In this document: one piece after another, positions 43,217 through 58,009 of the stretch | How positions within the stretch are numbered: position 1 is the stretch's first letter | Layout: each line of letters opens with the position of its first letter | Source of the DNA: the human T2T-CHM13v2.0 reference genome, Homo sapiens | Strand: one strand, 5' to 3' | Length of the DNA: 64,000 nt | Assembly (NCBI RefSeq): GCF_009914755.1 | Contig: NC_060926.1 | Position numbers and translations under genes: made by a program | The notes under the pieces: model-generated | What the model saw: the letters and a program-made list of their open reading frames with translations, nothing else | What the model was told of the DNA's origin: nothing | The model's database searches: none

Positions 43217-43698
43217 CAGGGTCCCCAAGCCCTGGTTCATGGACTGGTAGCAGTCCGTGGCCTGTTAGAAACTGGACTGCCCAGTAGGAGGCGAGCAGCA
43301 ATGAACAAGCATTACTGCCTGAGCACTGCCTCCTATCCAGTCAGCAGCGGCATTAGATTCTCACAAGAGCACAAACCCTATTATGAACTACGCACATGAA
43401 GGATCCATGCTGCACACTCCTTATGCAAATCACGAGTCTAATGCCTGATGATATGTCACCGTCTACCGTCACCCCCAGATGGGATCGTCTAATTGCAGGA
43501 AAAAAAGTTCAGGGCTCCCACTGATTCTACATTATGGTGAGAATGTAGTAATAATAGAAATAAAGTGGACAATAAATGTAATACCCTCGAAGCCCTTGAA
43601 TCATCTTGAAACCATCACCACCACCACCCACTAACCCCCACGGAAAAATTTTCTTCCACGAAACCAGTCACTGGTGCCAAAAATATTGGAGACCACTG
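43217..43698 (+). mobile_element. MER1A-type hAT-Charlie non-autonomous DNA transposon
   Basis: TIRs CAGGGTCCCCAA / TTGGAGACCACTG; GGCATTAGATTCTCA, CCCCCAGATGGGA; imperfect 8-bp TSD tcttagat/cctcagat. Confidence 0.9.
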
Positions 43699-44357
43699 CC
43701 TCAGATGGCTAAATATCACCACTCACTTCTAAGAAGCTGCTCTCATTTACGCAGTCCAACTAAAATCTGACTTTATGTTTCCACATTTCATTTAGATAGT
43801 AAGTGTATGAGTGCTCACACCTACTGTGCCTTTGTGTTCTTGTCAATGGACACTTTTCTCTGATAGTAAATTGTTACAGTTCTCTTCTTTAAAGAAACAA
43901 AAACATTACAACTCAAAACAACAGAAAACAAAAAAGCTGCCCACATATGCTCATCATTATTTTCTTTCTTCCTGATAACCAGTATGTGAAAGCTACATAG
44001 AAAATCTGTTTTCCTTCAACCTCAGATAATTTAGCATCAATTTTGGGTAATTACATACACAATTTCTTTTTCCCCTAATTTCAAAAGAATCCAAATAAAA
44101 GTTTCATATAAACAGATACCCTACCAAAACAGCATGCCCTTTTAAATTTTATGAATATTATGGTAAGTACAAGTGCAACTGCAGCTTCATCTCTATGACA
44201 TAGAAATCAAGTTGACTGGAAGTTGTTGCTGTCACTGCTCTTTGTTCACTAGCAATGAATAGAGCATACCAATATGTTCCGTCTTATATACACCTATATT
44301 TTGAATTATAAAATATTAAAGAAGAAGGGGACCTCAGCCCAGCATCTTATTTTATAG

Positions 44358-44830
44358 GTGCCTTAGATTGGGTTCTCTAGAAACAAAAACAAACAAACAA
44401 ACAAACAAAAACTTAGATGAGAAATTGCAGCAGGGGCCGTATGAAGGAAGTGCTCTCAGGGAAAATTGGTAAGGAAATGGGGGAGACAGAACCAAGAAGA
44501 AGCCAAGAAAGGATGTGCTCTCAGGCAAAATTCCAAACCTCAACTTGATCATGAAGGGGAGGTCTGGGGAGTAAATGACACCTCGGACTCTATTTCACCT
44601 AGAACAAGGAGGCTGAAACTTTACTTTTCTGCATGGGGTAGTCTTTGGCTAAGGGCCACATCAGGGACGCATAAATTCCCATGCACTTTAAGGTGTTCAT
44701 ATTTTTACAAATTGTATAATATCTCATAAAGATAGGCAGAGATGCAGGTTGTTAGAAATTAAATAACACTGAGGACAAAAGTGGTAAAGGATCCAAGGCA
44801 ATCTGGGTAGAACCTGAGAGTGTCCAATCC
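44358..44830 (-). mobile_element. LTR16-like ERVL LTR
   Basis: TGCCTTAGATTGGGTTCTCTAGAAAC..GAAGTGCTCTCAGG..GAAGAAGCCAAGAAAGGATGTG. Confidence 0.55.
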
Positions 44831-45554
44831 AACAGGTGAGGAGACTAGGTCTCAAGGTGCTTAAGTAAAAGGACCAAAGACACAAATCTACACAGGATTG
44901 CGATCTAAGTATCCTGTTCATAATCTAGAAACTGCTTATGTTGGTTTAAAGAAAGTACCAGGATATCCATGATAATTCCAGTTATTTTAAAGAAAAGCAG
45001 ATTTGTTAATGACATGCATTGTGATTCCACCAAATGACAAGATTGTTTTAACATGATTTGTGTAGAGTTTCTGTTTCCTAAGATATTTACGGTTTTAACT
45101 ATGTTTGACTTTTGAGAAATCAGCTGAGCAAACATTACAACGTCTGTTTTGGGGGAATTTTTATTTTTTCAATAAAAACTCTGTTAGTGGTAACAATAAA
45201 AATTACATGAGTTTCCTAACAAACAAGTTTGCTATGTCCATAAAAAGGACTTAACGTTATAGCTCTTTGTAAGCTTTATTTAATATGATAACACGCTATT
45301 TTCCTAACAAAAAATGCTTCTAGGTCATTTTCATTCAATAGCCCCAAAATTAAAAAAAAAAAAAAATTGTTACAGATATTTGTCCCAGTCAAGATGGTGG
45401 TGAATGAGACTAGATAGTTACTTAGCCCTGTACATAATTTTCATCTTTGGACTTACATTAGATATCATTTAATGACCATCTTTCCCATATGCTTGGTTTA
45501 CAGGGAATAATAGTGAAATTCATAGTGATGCAATCATTATTTCAGCTTTTCTTA

Positions 45555-45922
<368 letters not shown>

Positions 45923-46438
45923 TTAAACAACTGGGAGAAAATAGTGGAGAGAATTTCAAAGTATACTGAAGAATGCTTGGTAGGCTGTTGTTATTTCCTC
46001 CTCATGAGCACATTTTTTATTGCTCGTATACTTAAAGACAAAGTAGATAGAAACCTTGGTTTCTAACTCTTTCCTCTTTTGTATGAGAGAGAGAGAACAA
46101 CTCTGCTACAAGGCTACAAGGACAGATATTATGCAACAGCATGGTTCTCTTCAATGGAAAGTGGAAGTTTGTTCAACAATTGCTAGTGTAATTTATTTTA
46201 ATAGCATAAAAGAGCACAAGAAGTCTTTTCAAGTTCACCCTGCTATGTTTTGCCTGAGACTTAGCAAAGCCTTTGAAATGAAATGTGAAAAATATAATGA
46301 TTATGGTTAAAACCTGGCACAGTGCTTTTGCACAGTAGGCACTTAATTGTATTGAATATGCAATTTAAAAAATACAAAGTCAATCCTTGATAATACATAA
46401 TCGATATTGCTTTCAAATTGTTTTACTATGATGTTTTC

Positions 46439-47807
<1,369 letters not shown>

Positions 47808-50057
47808 TTGTCCTTTAGTCTTATTTAATTTTATATTTTCCCCCCATCTTAAGCTTTTTGTCTGGCAGTGGACCTTAGAAACCAAAATAATTAATTAGCA
47901 ATCTCTTAATCCTATCTAGCTTATAAATGCGTGAGGATGATGTTGTAATTTTAGAAAGAGGGCGTTCAGCATTTATTTCTCTCTTCCTTCCTCTCTCCAT
48001 TCCTTTCTCTATTCCTTTGTTTCTTTTTATTAGGTCATATTTTATTTTTACTTTTTTATGGAAAGCAGGCCTACCTATGTCCTTTACGGAAATTAAAAAC
48101 AAATAGTCCTCATTATACCTTGTCTAGTTACCTCTGTCTATTCATCACAATACTTTAATTCATCACAATACTTTAATTTAAAGTAAGATGATCCTCTGGT
48201 ATTTTAGACACACAGATATTTGGCATGCAAATTCAAAACCTTTTGCTAAGGCCATATACAAATAATATTTTTATTTATAAGCATTTGAGATATTTCATAC
48301 TACCCCTTTCCTGATTAGCACTGATAATAAAGCAGATTTGATTATATTTACATGTATTATGTAGAGAGTTTCTTTCAGCAAAATAAAATACACTATTAGG
48401 AAGATAAGATATTATATACACAGAAAATTAATTTTTGGTATACTTTAATTAATACTTGGGAAATAGATGACAAATAGTCTTTTCTTTGGTCATATATTAC
48501 TGCTTAACAAGTGAGTTTGACAGTCTCCATGAATGCATATTCAAGATATTAGCCTCTTTTATGAGTTGCTACTTTGAGATAATTATATTTTATTGTATCA
48601 AAACTTTGAATGTTCCCCAAGGTGGAAATAAGCAAAACAAACAAACAAAAATGAGTTATTTGGAAGATGCAACACCAGTTCTAAAGCCAATAGGTTAACA
48701 ACTAAGTTTGAAATCCACTTACGTCAGTCCAAGGAAATGCATCTATCTTAAATCTGGTGTCTTTTTTTTTATATATATACAGCAGCTCTATTCGAGCTCC
48801 ATCCTCTGGATATTGTCCCATTTTATTCCATTAAATAGCAATACCAAAGAAAATCCCTCTTCCACTAGAAGAAAGGGAGTCAGTTAAAGATTGTTAAGAA
48901 TTTCTACTCTTTTGAAAAGCACTTTCAAGGAAGTTGAATAAGAAGTGACAAAATAAGACCATTATAATAAAAGAAAAACTGATAACAGAGAGCTTAGAAA
49001 AGTGGTAAGAGCCGAAAAGGAGTTACTCTATTGAGCTGTGCAACAGAAATATTTTGCTTCACTCTCTATAATATTTGCAGAACCTCCCCTAAACCACAGC
49101 AATTTCAATCCCCCATTTGAGAAAGCTACAAGGCCAGAGCATTTACATTCTTCTATTAAAATGATCATCATGACTGTATAGTCTCAGATGATTCTAGACA
49201 AACCTGTCTCCATTTCCATAGAGGAGCTATTTTGTTTCTGCTTTAATTTCATATTGCTTTAATTTTATACTTTATGGCTTAAAGCTCTTCGGCTAATAGA
49301 TTATTTCAACTGCATATGTTCATTTTACACTTAAATATATACTGGGATTCACAGAGCTTATGCCTTTGGAGATAATTTTTATATTACCTAAAAATCATTC
49401 CATGTTGTGATAATGATCGTAATTATCACTCATCACCTAATAATATAGAGTTCTTCTGCAGTTACTCTCATCTTGAAATTCTGAGTCCCTTCTAACAGCC
49501 ACTGAAGTCTGTCACAGCACTGTTATTAACACTCAGTGAATTTTTTGCAAGTATTCCCCAGAACAATTCCAACCTAACACTGATTTGGTGATAGAGAGCT
49601 CATGTAGTTCATATGCTAATTAAGGAGAAGCCCAAAAATCCCATAGAGAATGGAGAGAGGGAGACAAACTATCAGGGTATAGACACTTCTACTCTCACAT
49701 AATGAACTCCGAAAATACAAACTTGGAAAATAAATATATAAATCTCAAGAAGAAGAATATTTAAAAGATTCAGCTCTGAGGCATGCTGTGGTAAAGACTG
49801 CTATTCTGTGCTAGAACTACAGAAGCAATGCCTGAGAGGAGAAGCAAATGAGAGTAAAAAAAAAAAAAAAAACAGAGAGAGAGAGAGAAAGAACCAGAAC
49901 CCGCATTTGTGTATGTGTCTGCCTCCGTACTGTGAATAACTTCGAATTCATTCTTCATGCAAAAATCAAGAAGGAAAGAAATAAGCTATGGTGTTTGAAC
50001 ACCTACTGAATGCCAGTAATGCATGTATACTTTATTTAGTGTTTTTTTCTCTTGTTC

Positions 50058-51675
50058 CTTTTATTGTAATTTTATTTTAATTATGACTGACATATGAAAA
50101 AGTTGTACATATTTAATCGATACATCTTGATGACTTTGAAGAGAAGTATGTACCCTTGAAATTATTACTATATACAATGCCCTAAACTTAAGCATCACCT
50201 ATAAAAGTTTTCTACCTCTTTTTGTTTTTTGGATAAGAACATTTAATATAAAATCTGCTCTCTTAATATATCTTTAAGCATACAATACAGTATTGTTAAT
50301 TATAACTATATGCACTCTGATGCACATTAGATCTCTAGGACTTATTCATCTTGCGTAACTGAAACTTTGTACTCTTTGATAAACACCTTTCTGGTTTCAT
50401 CTTCCCCTAGCTCCTAGTAAACCTCATTCTACTTTTCCCTTCTCTGGGTTGACTGCTTTAGGTTCTTTGTTTTTTAATTTAACTTTTATTTTAAGTCCAG
50501 GGGTACATGTGTAGGTTTGTCACATAGGTAAATTTGCATCATGGGGTTTGTTATACAGATTATTTCATCACCCATGTATTAAGCCTAGTACCCATTAGCT
50601 ATTTGTGCTGATCCTCTCCTTCCTCCCACCCCTCACCCTCTGAAAAGTCCCAGTGTGTGTTGTTCCCCTATAAGTGTCCATGTGTTCTAATCATTTAGCT
50701 CCCACTTATAAATGAGAGCATGCAGTATTTGATTTTCTGTTCTTGTCTTAGTTTGCTAAAGAAAATGACCTCCAGCTCCATCCATGCTCCTGCAAAGGAC
50801 ATGAAATCATTCTTTTTTATGGCTGTATATTATTCCATCATGTATATGTACCACACTTTCTTCATGCAGTCCATCACTGATAGGAATTTAAGTTGATTCC
50901 ATGTTTTTGCTATTTTAAATAGTGTTACAAGAAAAAAACAAACAACCCCATAAAAAAGTGGGCAAAGGACATGAACCGACACTTTTCAAAAGCATACAAA
51001 CATGCACCCAACAATCATATGAAAAAAGCTCAACATTGCTGATGATTAGAAAAATGAAAATAAAAACCACAATGAGATACCATCTCACAGCAGTCTGAAT
51101 GGCTATGACTAAAAAGTCAAAAAATAACAAATGCCAGCAAGGTTGTGGAGAAAGAGGAACACTTACACAGTGTTGTGGGAGTATAAATTAGTTCAACCAT
51201 TGTGGAAGACAGTATGGAGATTCCTCAAAGTCCTAAAGACAGAAATATCATTTAACTCAGCAAGCCCATTACTGGGCATATACCCAAAGGAATACTTTAG
51301 ATTCTTAATATAAGTAGGATTATGTAGTGTTTAGTCTTCTGTATCTGGCTTATTTCACTTAGCATAATGTCTTCCATGTTCATCTATGTTATAGCCAATG
51401 GCACAATTTCCTTCCTTTCTAAGGCTGAATAATATTACATTATGTATATATACTACATTTTCTTTTTCCATTTATCTGTTTATGGACATTTTGGTTGTTT
51501 CCATACTTTGGCTACTGTGAATAATACTACAGTAAACATGGGAGTGCAGATATCTCTTTGAGATTTTATTTCAGTTCTTCTAGGTACATACTCAGATGTG
51601 GGATTGCTAAATCATATGGTAGTTGGTTTTAATCTTTGAGGAGTCTCCATATTGTCTTTCATATGACTGTATAAA
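50058..51675 (-). mobile_element. L1MA9-like 3' fragment, split by a younger L1
   Basis: TACAATACAGTATTGTTAA..AGATCTCTAGGACTTATTCATCTTG..CTGAAACTTTGTAC; resumes at 51295 with CTGGCTTATTTCACTTAGCATAATG. Confidence 0.8.
50468..51294 (-). mobile_element. L1PA (about PA11-13) 3' end with 5' inversion at ~50930
   Basis: Antisense 3'UTR 50468-50929, then sense ORF2-end 50930-51294; TSD ctttaggttctt (50456-50467)/ctttagattctt (51295-51306). Confidence 0.88.
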
Positions 51676-53454
51676 CGTTCTTTAGTGTCTCACCTTTACA
51701 CAAATCTTTACAGTAAGTAATATAAACATTGAGATGAAAAAGTAAACTAGTAACAGCTAGCGAGTACCAGAACTAGGATGTATTTTAAGTCAAGGTACGT
51801 TCCATTAGGTCATGTTGCCAATCAGTGATAGAGCAAGGTATTGCTATGACCTGCTGACACTCAAAAGTCTCAGTATGAAGACTTCCAGTTTCCAGGCTGA
51901 TATTTAAAGAACTTGAAGTTATCACACCTGTCCTTACAGCAATAAAAAAAAAAAAGTTGACTAGCCTAAAAACCAAAAAAAAGTCTTCTTAGATTATTGA
52001 AAGAATTGTGGGCAAAGAGAACACTGCTACCCCAAAAATTGGAGAGACAGACAAGCAGATACAGAGATCACAGCTTACTGGGGACAGATGCCCCACACAG
52101 ATTCCTGCAGCTAGAGCTAGCACCAGAGGGAACATTTAAGGTATAATTCTACTGTCTAGAGGCTCAGTGTGGAGCAGCTGGAGAGTTAACAATTGGGCAA
52201 TCAGTTTTACGAAACCCCACATTTTTGTAAATTTTACCTCAAGGAGTCCCATGAGGTTCTCACTGTGAAGACTGAAGAGAAATCTTATTTTGCTTTGCCC
52301 AGGGAGAGGGAAAAATAACTATTTAAAAATATTCCCAGAGTACACTGATCTTAACAAGGCTTGCCCTCAAGGAAGACTGTTTTACCAAGACCTAACATAC
52401 TTGAGTTTTACCAAAACCTAATCAACCTGGAGGAGGGAACTACAATTTCAGCTCCCTCTGATCATCCTATCTCACCTATGTGAGGAGAGGAATTGAGACA
52501 CACCTGGGAGGATCAGCCTAAGGACAGTACTCACTAAAAGACTGAGGTCTAATAGGATTATAGAAGAGTTCTTCTCCTTCTGCACCTTACCACCACATCA
52601 GTAGGGCTCCTGTATAATTACATATTATAGCTGAAAGAACTGGAATCCTCACACCCTATTTAATAAGGAGTCTCTAGGGAAACCCAAAAGTCAATAGGAG
52701 AGACAAAAGCAAGGACACTGGAGGAAATTTTAGTCTCGGACACCACAGCTACAGGAAACAGTAAATACCATTTAATTCTGAGTTAGATAAACAAAAAACC
52801 TCACACTAGAGGCCTATTTACCACAGGTCTTCTTACCCAGTACATCACATATGGCTTTCAAAAAAAAAAAAAAAATCACAAGACATACTATAGTCTGGAG
52901 AGACAAAGCAAGCCCCAGATATGACAGAAAGTTTGAAATGATCTATTTATCTATCCATCTCTATAGATAGATATAGATATGTATAATCGTTAAGTTCTCT
53001 AATGGAAAATGTGGACAACACGCAACATCAGATGGGTAATGAAAACAGAGATGAAAATTCTAAGAGGAATCAAAAGGAAATGCTGAACATCAGAAATAAT
53101 GTAACCAAATTGAAGAATGCTTTGATGGGCTTATCAGTGAAATGGAAAGGAAAGTCAAGGAAAGAATCAGTGAGCTTGAGGAGAGTTAACAGAAAGTTCT
53201 CAAATTGAAGCACAAAGATAACAAAATATTTTTAAAAACTAGAACAGATTATCCAAGAAACATGGGACAATAACAAGAAGTATATTTTATGTACGATGCA
53301 TACCAGAAGGGGAAGAAAGAGAAAAGAAAACAAAATAAATATTTGAAGTAAAAATGGCTGAGAATTTTTGAAAATCAATAACAGATGCAAAAGCACAGAT
53401 CCAGGAAGCTGAGAGAACACCAAGCAGGTATAAAAAACTTTACCTCTAGGCATA

Positions 53455-55840
53455 TATATTAGTCTGTTCTTGTGCTACTATAAAGACATACCCAAAACTG
53501 GATAATTTATAAAGAAAAGAGGTTTAATAGACTCATAGTTCCACATGGCTGGGTAGGCCTCACAATCATGATGGAAGATGAAGGAAGACCAAAGGGATGT
53601 CATGCATGGCAGCAGGGAAGAGAGCTTGTGGAGGGGAACTCCCATTTATAAAACCATCAGATTTCACAAGACCTATTCACTGTCAGGAGATCAGTATGGC
53701 AGAAACTACCCCCATGATTCAATTATCTCCACCTGGCCGCACCCTTGACACATGGCGATTATTAAAATTCAAGGTGAGATCTGGGTGGGGACACAGCCAA
53801 ACCATATCATTCCACTCCTGGCTCCTCCCAAATCTCATCTTCTCATATTTCAAAACCAATTATGCCTTCCTAACAGTCCCTCAAAGTCCTAAGTCATTTC
53901 AGCATTAACTCAAAAGGCCATAGTCCAAAGTTTCATCTGAGACAAGGCAAGTCTGTTTCACCTACAAGTCTGTAAAATCAAAATCAAGTTAGTTACTTCC
54001 TAGATACAATTGGGTATAGGCATTGGGTAAATACAGCCATTCCAAATGAGAGAAATTGGCCAAAATGAAGGGGCTACAGGCCCCATGCAAGTCTGCAATC
54101 CAGACAGGCAGTCAAATCTTACAGCACCAAAATGATCTCCTTTGACTCCATATCTGACATCCATGTCATGCTGATGCAACAGGTGGGTTCCCATGGTCTT
54201 GGGCAGCTCTGCCCCTGTGGCTTTGCGGGGTATAGCCCCCATGGCTGCTTTCATGGGCTGGTGTTGAGTGCTTGTGGCTTTTCTAGGTGCACAGTGCAAG
54301 CTGTTGGTTGATATGTCATTCTGGAGTCTTGAGGATGGTGGCCTTTTCCTCATAGCTCGACTAGGCCCTGCCCCAGTGGGGACTCTGTGTGGGGACTCCA
54401 ACCCCACATTTCCTTTCCACACTGCCCCACATTTCCTTTCCACACAGTGCTAGATCTGGGCTGTGTCCCCACCCAGATCTCACCTTGAATTTTAATAATC
54501 CCTATGTGTCAAGGACTGGGCCAGGTGGAGATAATTGTTCTCCATGAGGGCTCTGTCCCTGCAGCACACCTCTGCCTGGACATCCAGGCATTTCCATACA
54601 TCCTCTGCAATCTAGGCAGGAGTTCCTAAACCTCAGTTCTTGACTTCTGTGCACTCACAGGCTCAACACCATGTGAAAGCTGCGAAGCTTGGGGATTACA
54701 CCCTCTGAAGCCATGGCTTGAGTTGTACCTTGACTCCTTTTAGTGATGGGTGGAATGTAGGGCACCAAGTCCCAAGACTGCACAAAGCAGCAAGGCCCTG
54801 GGCCCAGCCCAGGAACCCATTTTTTCTCCTCCTAGTCTTCCAGGCCCGTGATGGGAGGGGCTGCCATGAAGACCTCTGACGTACCCTGGAGACATCTTCC
54901 TCATTGTCTTGGTAATTAACATTTGACTCTGTTACTTATGCAAATTTCTGCAGCTGGCTTGAATTATTCTCTAGAAAATGGAGTTTTCTTTTCTATCACA
55001 TTGTCGGCTGCAAATTTTCCAAACTTTTATGCTCTGCTTCCTCTTGAATGCTTTGCTGCTTAGAAATTTCATTGGCCAGATACCCTATATCCTCTCTCTC
55101 AAGTTCAAAGTTCCACAGATCTCTAGGGAAGGGGCAAAAATGCTGCCTATCTCTTTGTTAAAACATAACAATAGTCACCTTTGCTCCAGTTACCAATAAG
55201 TTTCTCATCTCCATCTGAGATCACCTCAACCTGGACTTTATTGTTCATATCATTATCAGCATTTTGGTCAAAGCCATTCAACAAGTATCTAGGAAGTTCC
55301 AAACTTTTCCACATCTTCCTATCTTTTGAGCTGTCCAAGTCTCTAGGAAGTTCCAAATTTTCCCACATTTTCCTGTCTTCTTCTGTGCCCTCCAAACTGT
55401 TCCAACCTCTGCCTGTTACCGAATTCCAAAGCTTCCACATTTTTGGGTATCCTTACAGCAGCGCCCTACTCTACCAGTAAAATTTACAATATTAGTCTCT
55501 TCTCATGTTGCGAATAAAGACATACGTGAGACTGGGTAATTTATAAAGGAAAGACGTTTGATGAACTCACAGTTTCACATGGCTGTGGAGGCCTCACAGT
55601 CATGGCAGAAGATGAAAGAACAAAGGGGTGTCTTACATGGTGGCAGCCAAGAGAGCTTGTGCAGGGGAACTCCCTTTTATAAAACCATCAGATCTCATGA
55701 GACTCATTCACTACCAGGAGAACAGTATGGGGGAAACTGCCCCCATGATTCAATTATCTCCACCTGGCCCCGCCCTTCACATGTGAGGATTATTACAATT
55801 CAAGGTGAGATTTGGGTGGGGACACAGTCAAACCATACCA
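53455..55840 (-). mobile_element. Full-length THE1C-like provirus (LTRs 53455-53809 and 55488-55840)
   Basis: Two ~355-bp LTRs ending CAAACCATA(T/C)CA around a THE1 internal region; perfect 5-bp TSD gcata (53450-53454/55841-55845). Confidence 0.93.
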
Positions 55841-56092
55841 GCATATTATATTTAAACTTCAGAAAAATCAAATACAAAAAGAAAAACCTTAAAAAGCAGC
55901 CAGATTGAGGGTAGATGGTGAAGGGTACATTACCTACAGAGTAACAAGTATAAGAGTTGACTTTTCTTCAGACACCACACAAGTAAGAAGAGAATGGGGT
56001 GAAATACTAAAGTTTTGAAAAAAAAAATGAACAGACAAATACTAACAATCTAGAATTCTGTATCCAGTAAAATTATCTTTCGAAAGTGAAAG

Positions 56093-56215
56093 AGTCAGAC
56101 ATGGTGATATGTGACTGTAGTCCCAGTTGTTCGGGAGATTAAGGCAAGAGGATCAATTCTTTGGGCTCAGGAGGGCCAGCTTGGGCAGTATTATGAGGCC
56201 CCATCTCAAATAAAT
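56093..56215 (+). mobile_element. FLAM/Alu monomer
   Basis: CATGGTG..CTGTAGTCCCAG..GGAGATTAAGGCAAGAGGATC..CCAGCTTGGGCA..CCCCATCTCAAA. Confidence 0.7.
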
Positions 56216-56218
56216 TAC

Positions 56219-56325
56219 AGATAGATGACAAGTAGATTAGATAGATAGATGATAGATAGATAGATACATACATACATACATACATACATACATGAATAGA
56301 TATATAGATACATAGATAGATACGT
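56219..56325. repeat. (GATA)n(CATA)n compound tetranucleotide repeat
   Basis: Directly visible; follows the FLAM tail. Confidence 0.9.
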
Positions 56326-58009
56326 ATGTATACAAAACAGCTAGCTAGCTAAGTAGTTGGACAGTCAGATGTAAAAATAAGCGAAGGAGAAATCAAGAAT
56401 TTGCCAGATAAAAATAGAGCCAGTTTGTCACCAGTAGATCTGACTTGCAAGAGACATTAAAAGTTCTTCAGAGAGAAGAAAAATGTCATAGGTCAGGAAC
56501 TAAGATCCGTATACCAAATAGAAGAGTATTAGAAAAAGAGTAAGTGAAGATTAAATAAAAATTTTTATTTTTCTTACTCTTAATTGATTGAATAGATGTT
56601 TGTTTAAAATAATAATGAATATATTAGGTGATTATAGCTATGGATAAATGAAATGCAAGACAGCAATATAATAAGGGATAAGAATGAGGAATTAGGAATA
56701 CTGTTACAAGGTGCTTGCACTAGTAGGGATGCAGTACAGTATTATCTGCTAGTCCCATAGATTAGCGGTACATTTGTATTGCAACTTTAGGCAACCACTA
56801 AAAAAACTGAAAGTCCCAGGTAAAGTGTGAGAGCATCTTCCTCTTTCTTCCTCCAGCAACTTTGTCTAACTTACTTTTCTGTATCCAGACTCAGTTACCA
56901 GATTTCCCAGACTTGGTTTCAGCACATTGACAGGAAAGACTTATACTGCAATTTTCAATAACTACAAAAGAATGAGAAGAAAGCTGAACTATGAAATTTC
57001 AAAGATGCAATATACTCTTTATTTTGGTTTAATCAGAGTGGGAAAAACACAGAAATATAAAAAATATATCCTGCAGAGCAGGATGTTTGGGTTTTGTACA
57101 TCATATTGTTCAAAAAAGTCCTCGACTTAGAACAGACTATTCTGAAATGTGAATATGCAACCTAGAGGTTTTTGATCTCAGATGAATCATGCTGATTAAT
57201 CATAAGTCCATGCCTGCCTACCATTTTCAATAATAGCTACAAGATAATCAGTGTGGTTAAAAGTATGGGTGTTCTGGCAGATGAAGAAATCAGCACATTA
57301 TTGCACACAATTTTTTTTGTCATTTTATGCACATTCTTTCATCATTTAAGTCATGTCTCCATGAGCTTTAAAGCAAAATTATGAAAAACTAAAATAGAAG
57401 ATTGAAACTGTAAATTGGTTTAAATCAACAGCAATAAAATCTATCCATTTCAGATGAATGCGGCTACAAAGTGGAGAAAAATAAATAGTTATAGACTTAA
57501 AGAAATTGTGTGATCATAATTTGTTTCTTTTTCTAGCCAAACCAAATATGAGTTGGACTGATTCACATGTTTTATGCTATTGGTATTGAAATGAGTATTT
57601 CAATTATCATTTCCTCCAATCTCTAATCAGAAATCCAATCTGTTCTTTTAGTAAAAGCTCCTGGCTTAAAAAATTTTAATCTCTGCAAAACTGTTTTACA
57701 CTCACATTGTTTTCTTTAATAGCCCCATCCTCTTAACTGCTAAAGTTTTATGTGTATTTATGTAAGGCATGGAGTGTATTATGCATTATGCATCCTGCTG
57801 TTACCTTCAGGGGAACAGGGGCAGTGCTCTGTGAATGCAAGGACATCTATTAAAAGTTTATGGATGACTCTGCATCTTTTCTCCAAATTAGTAATGATTT
57901 TTCAAGCTGAAAAAAAAAATAGATACTGATGTGAGAAGAGAAAACTTGAAAGAAGGGCAAAAATAAAAATATTTCCCCAAGCCTTCTGTTCCAAAATATA
58001 TCACCAGTT

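Larger units (their letters stand above)
51878..56810 (+). mobile_element. Old L1M (L1MDa/L1MCa-like) 5' region and ORF1 remnant, interrupted by THE1C, FLAM and STR
   Basis: GACTTCCAGTTTCCAGG..GGAGAGACAGACAAGCAGATACAGAG 5' end; ORF1-like peptide 53002-53208; CTAGAATTCTGTATCCAGTAAAATTATCTTTC. Confidence 0.65.

Noticed and set aside
55283-55395. ~53-bp direct repeat TCTAGGAAGTTCCAAA in THE1-int
   Set aside because: As I recall, it is a feature of the THE1C/D internal consensus rather than locus-specific.
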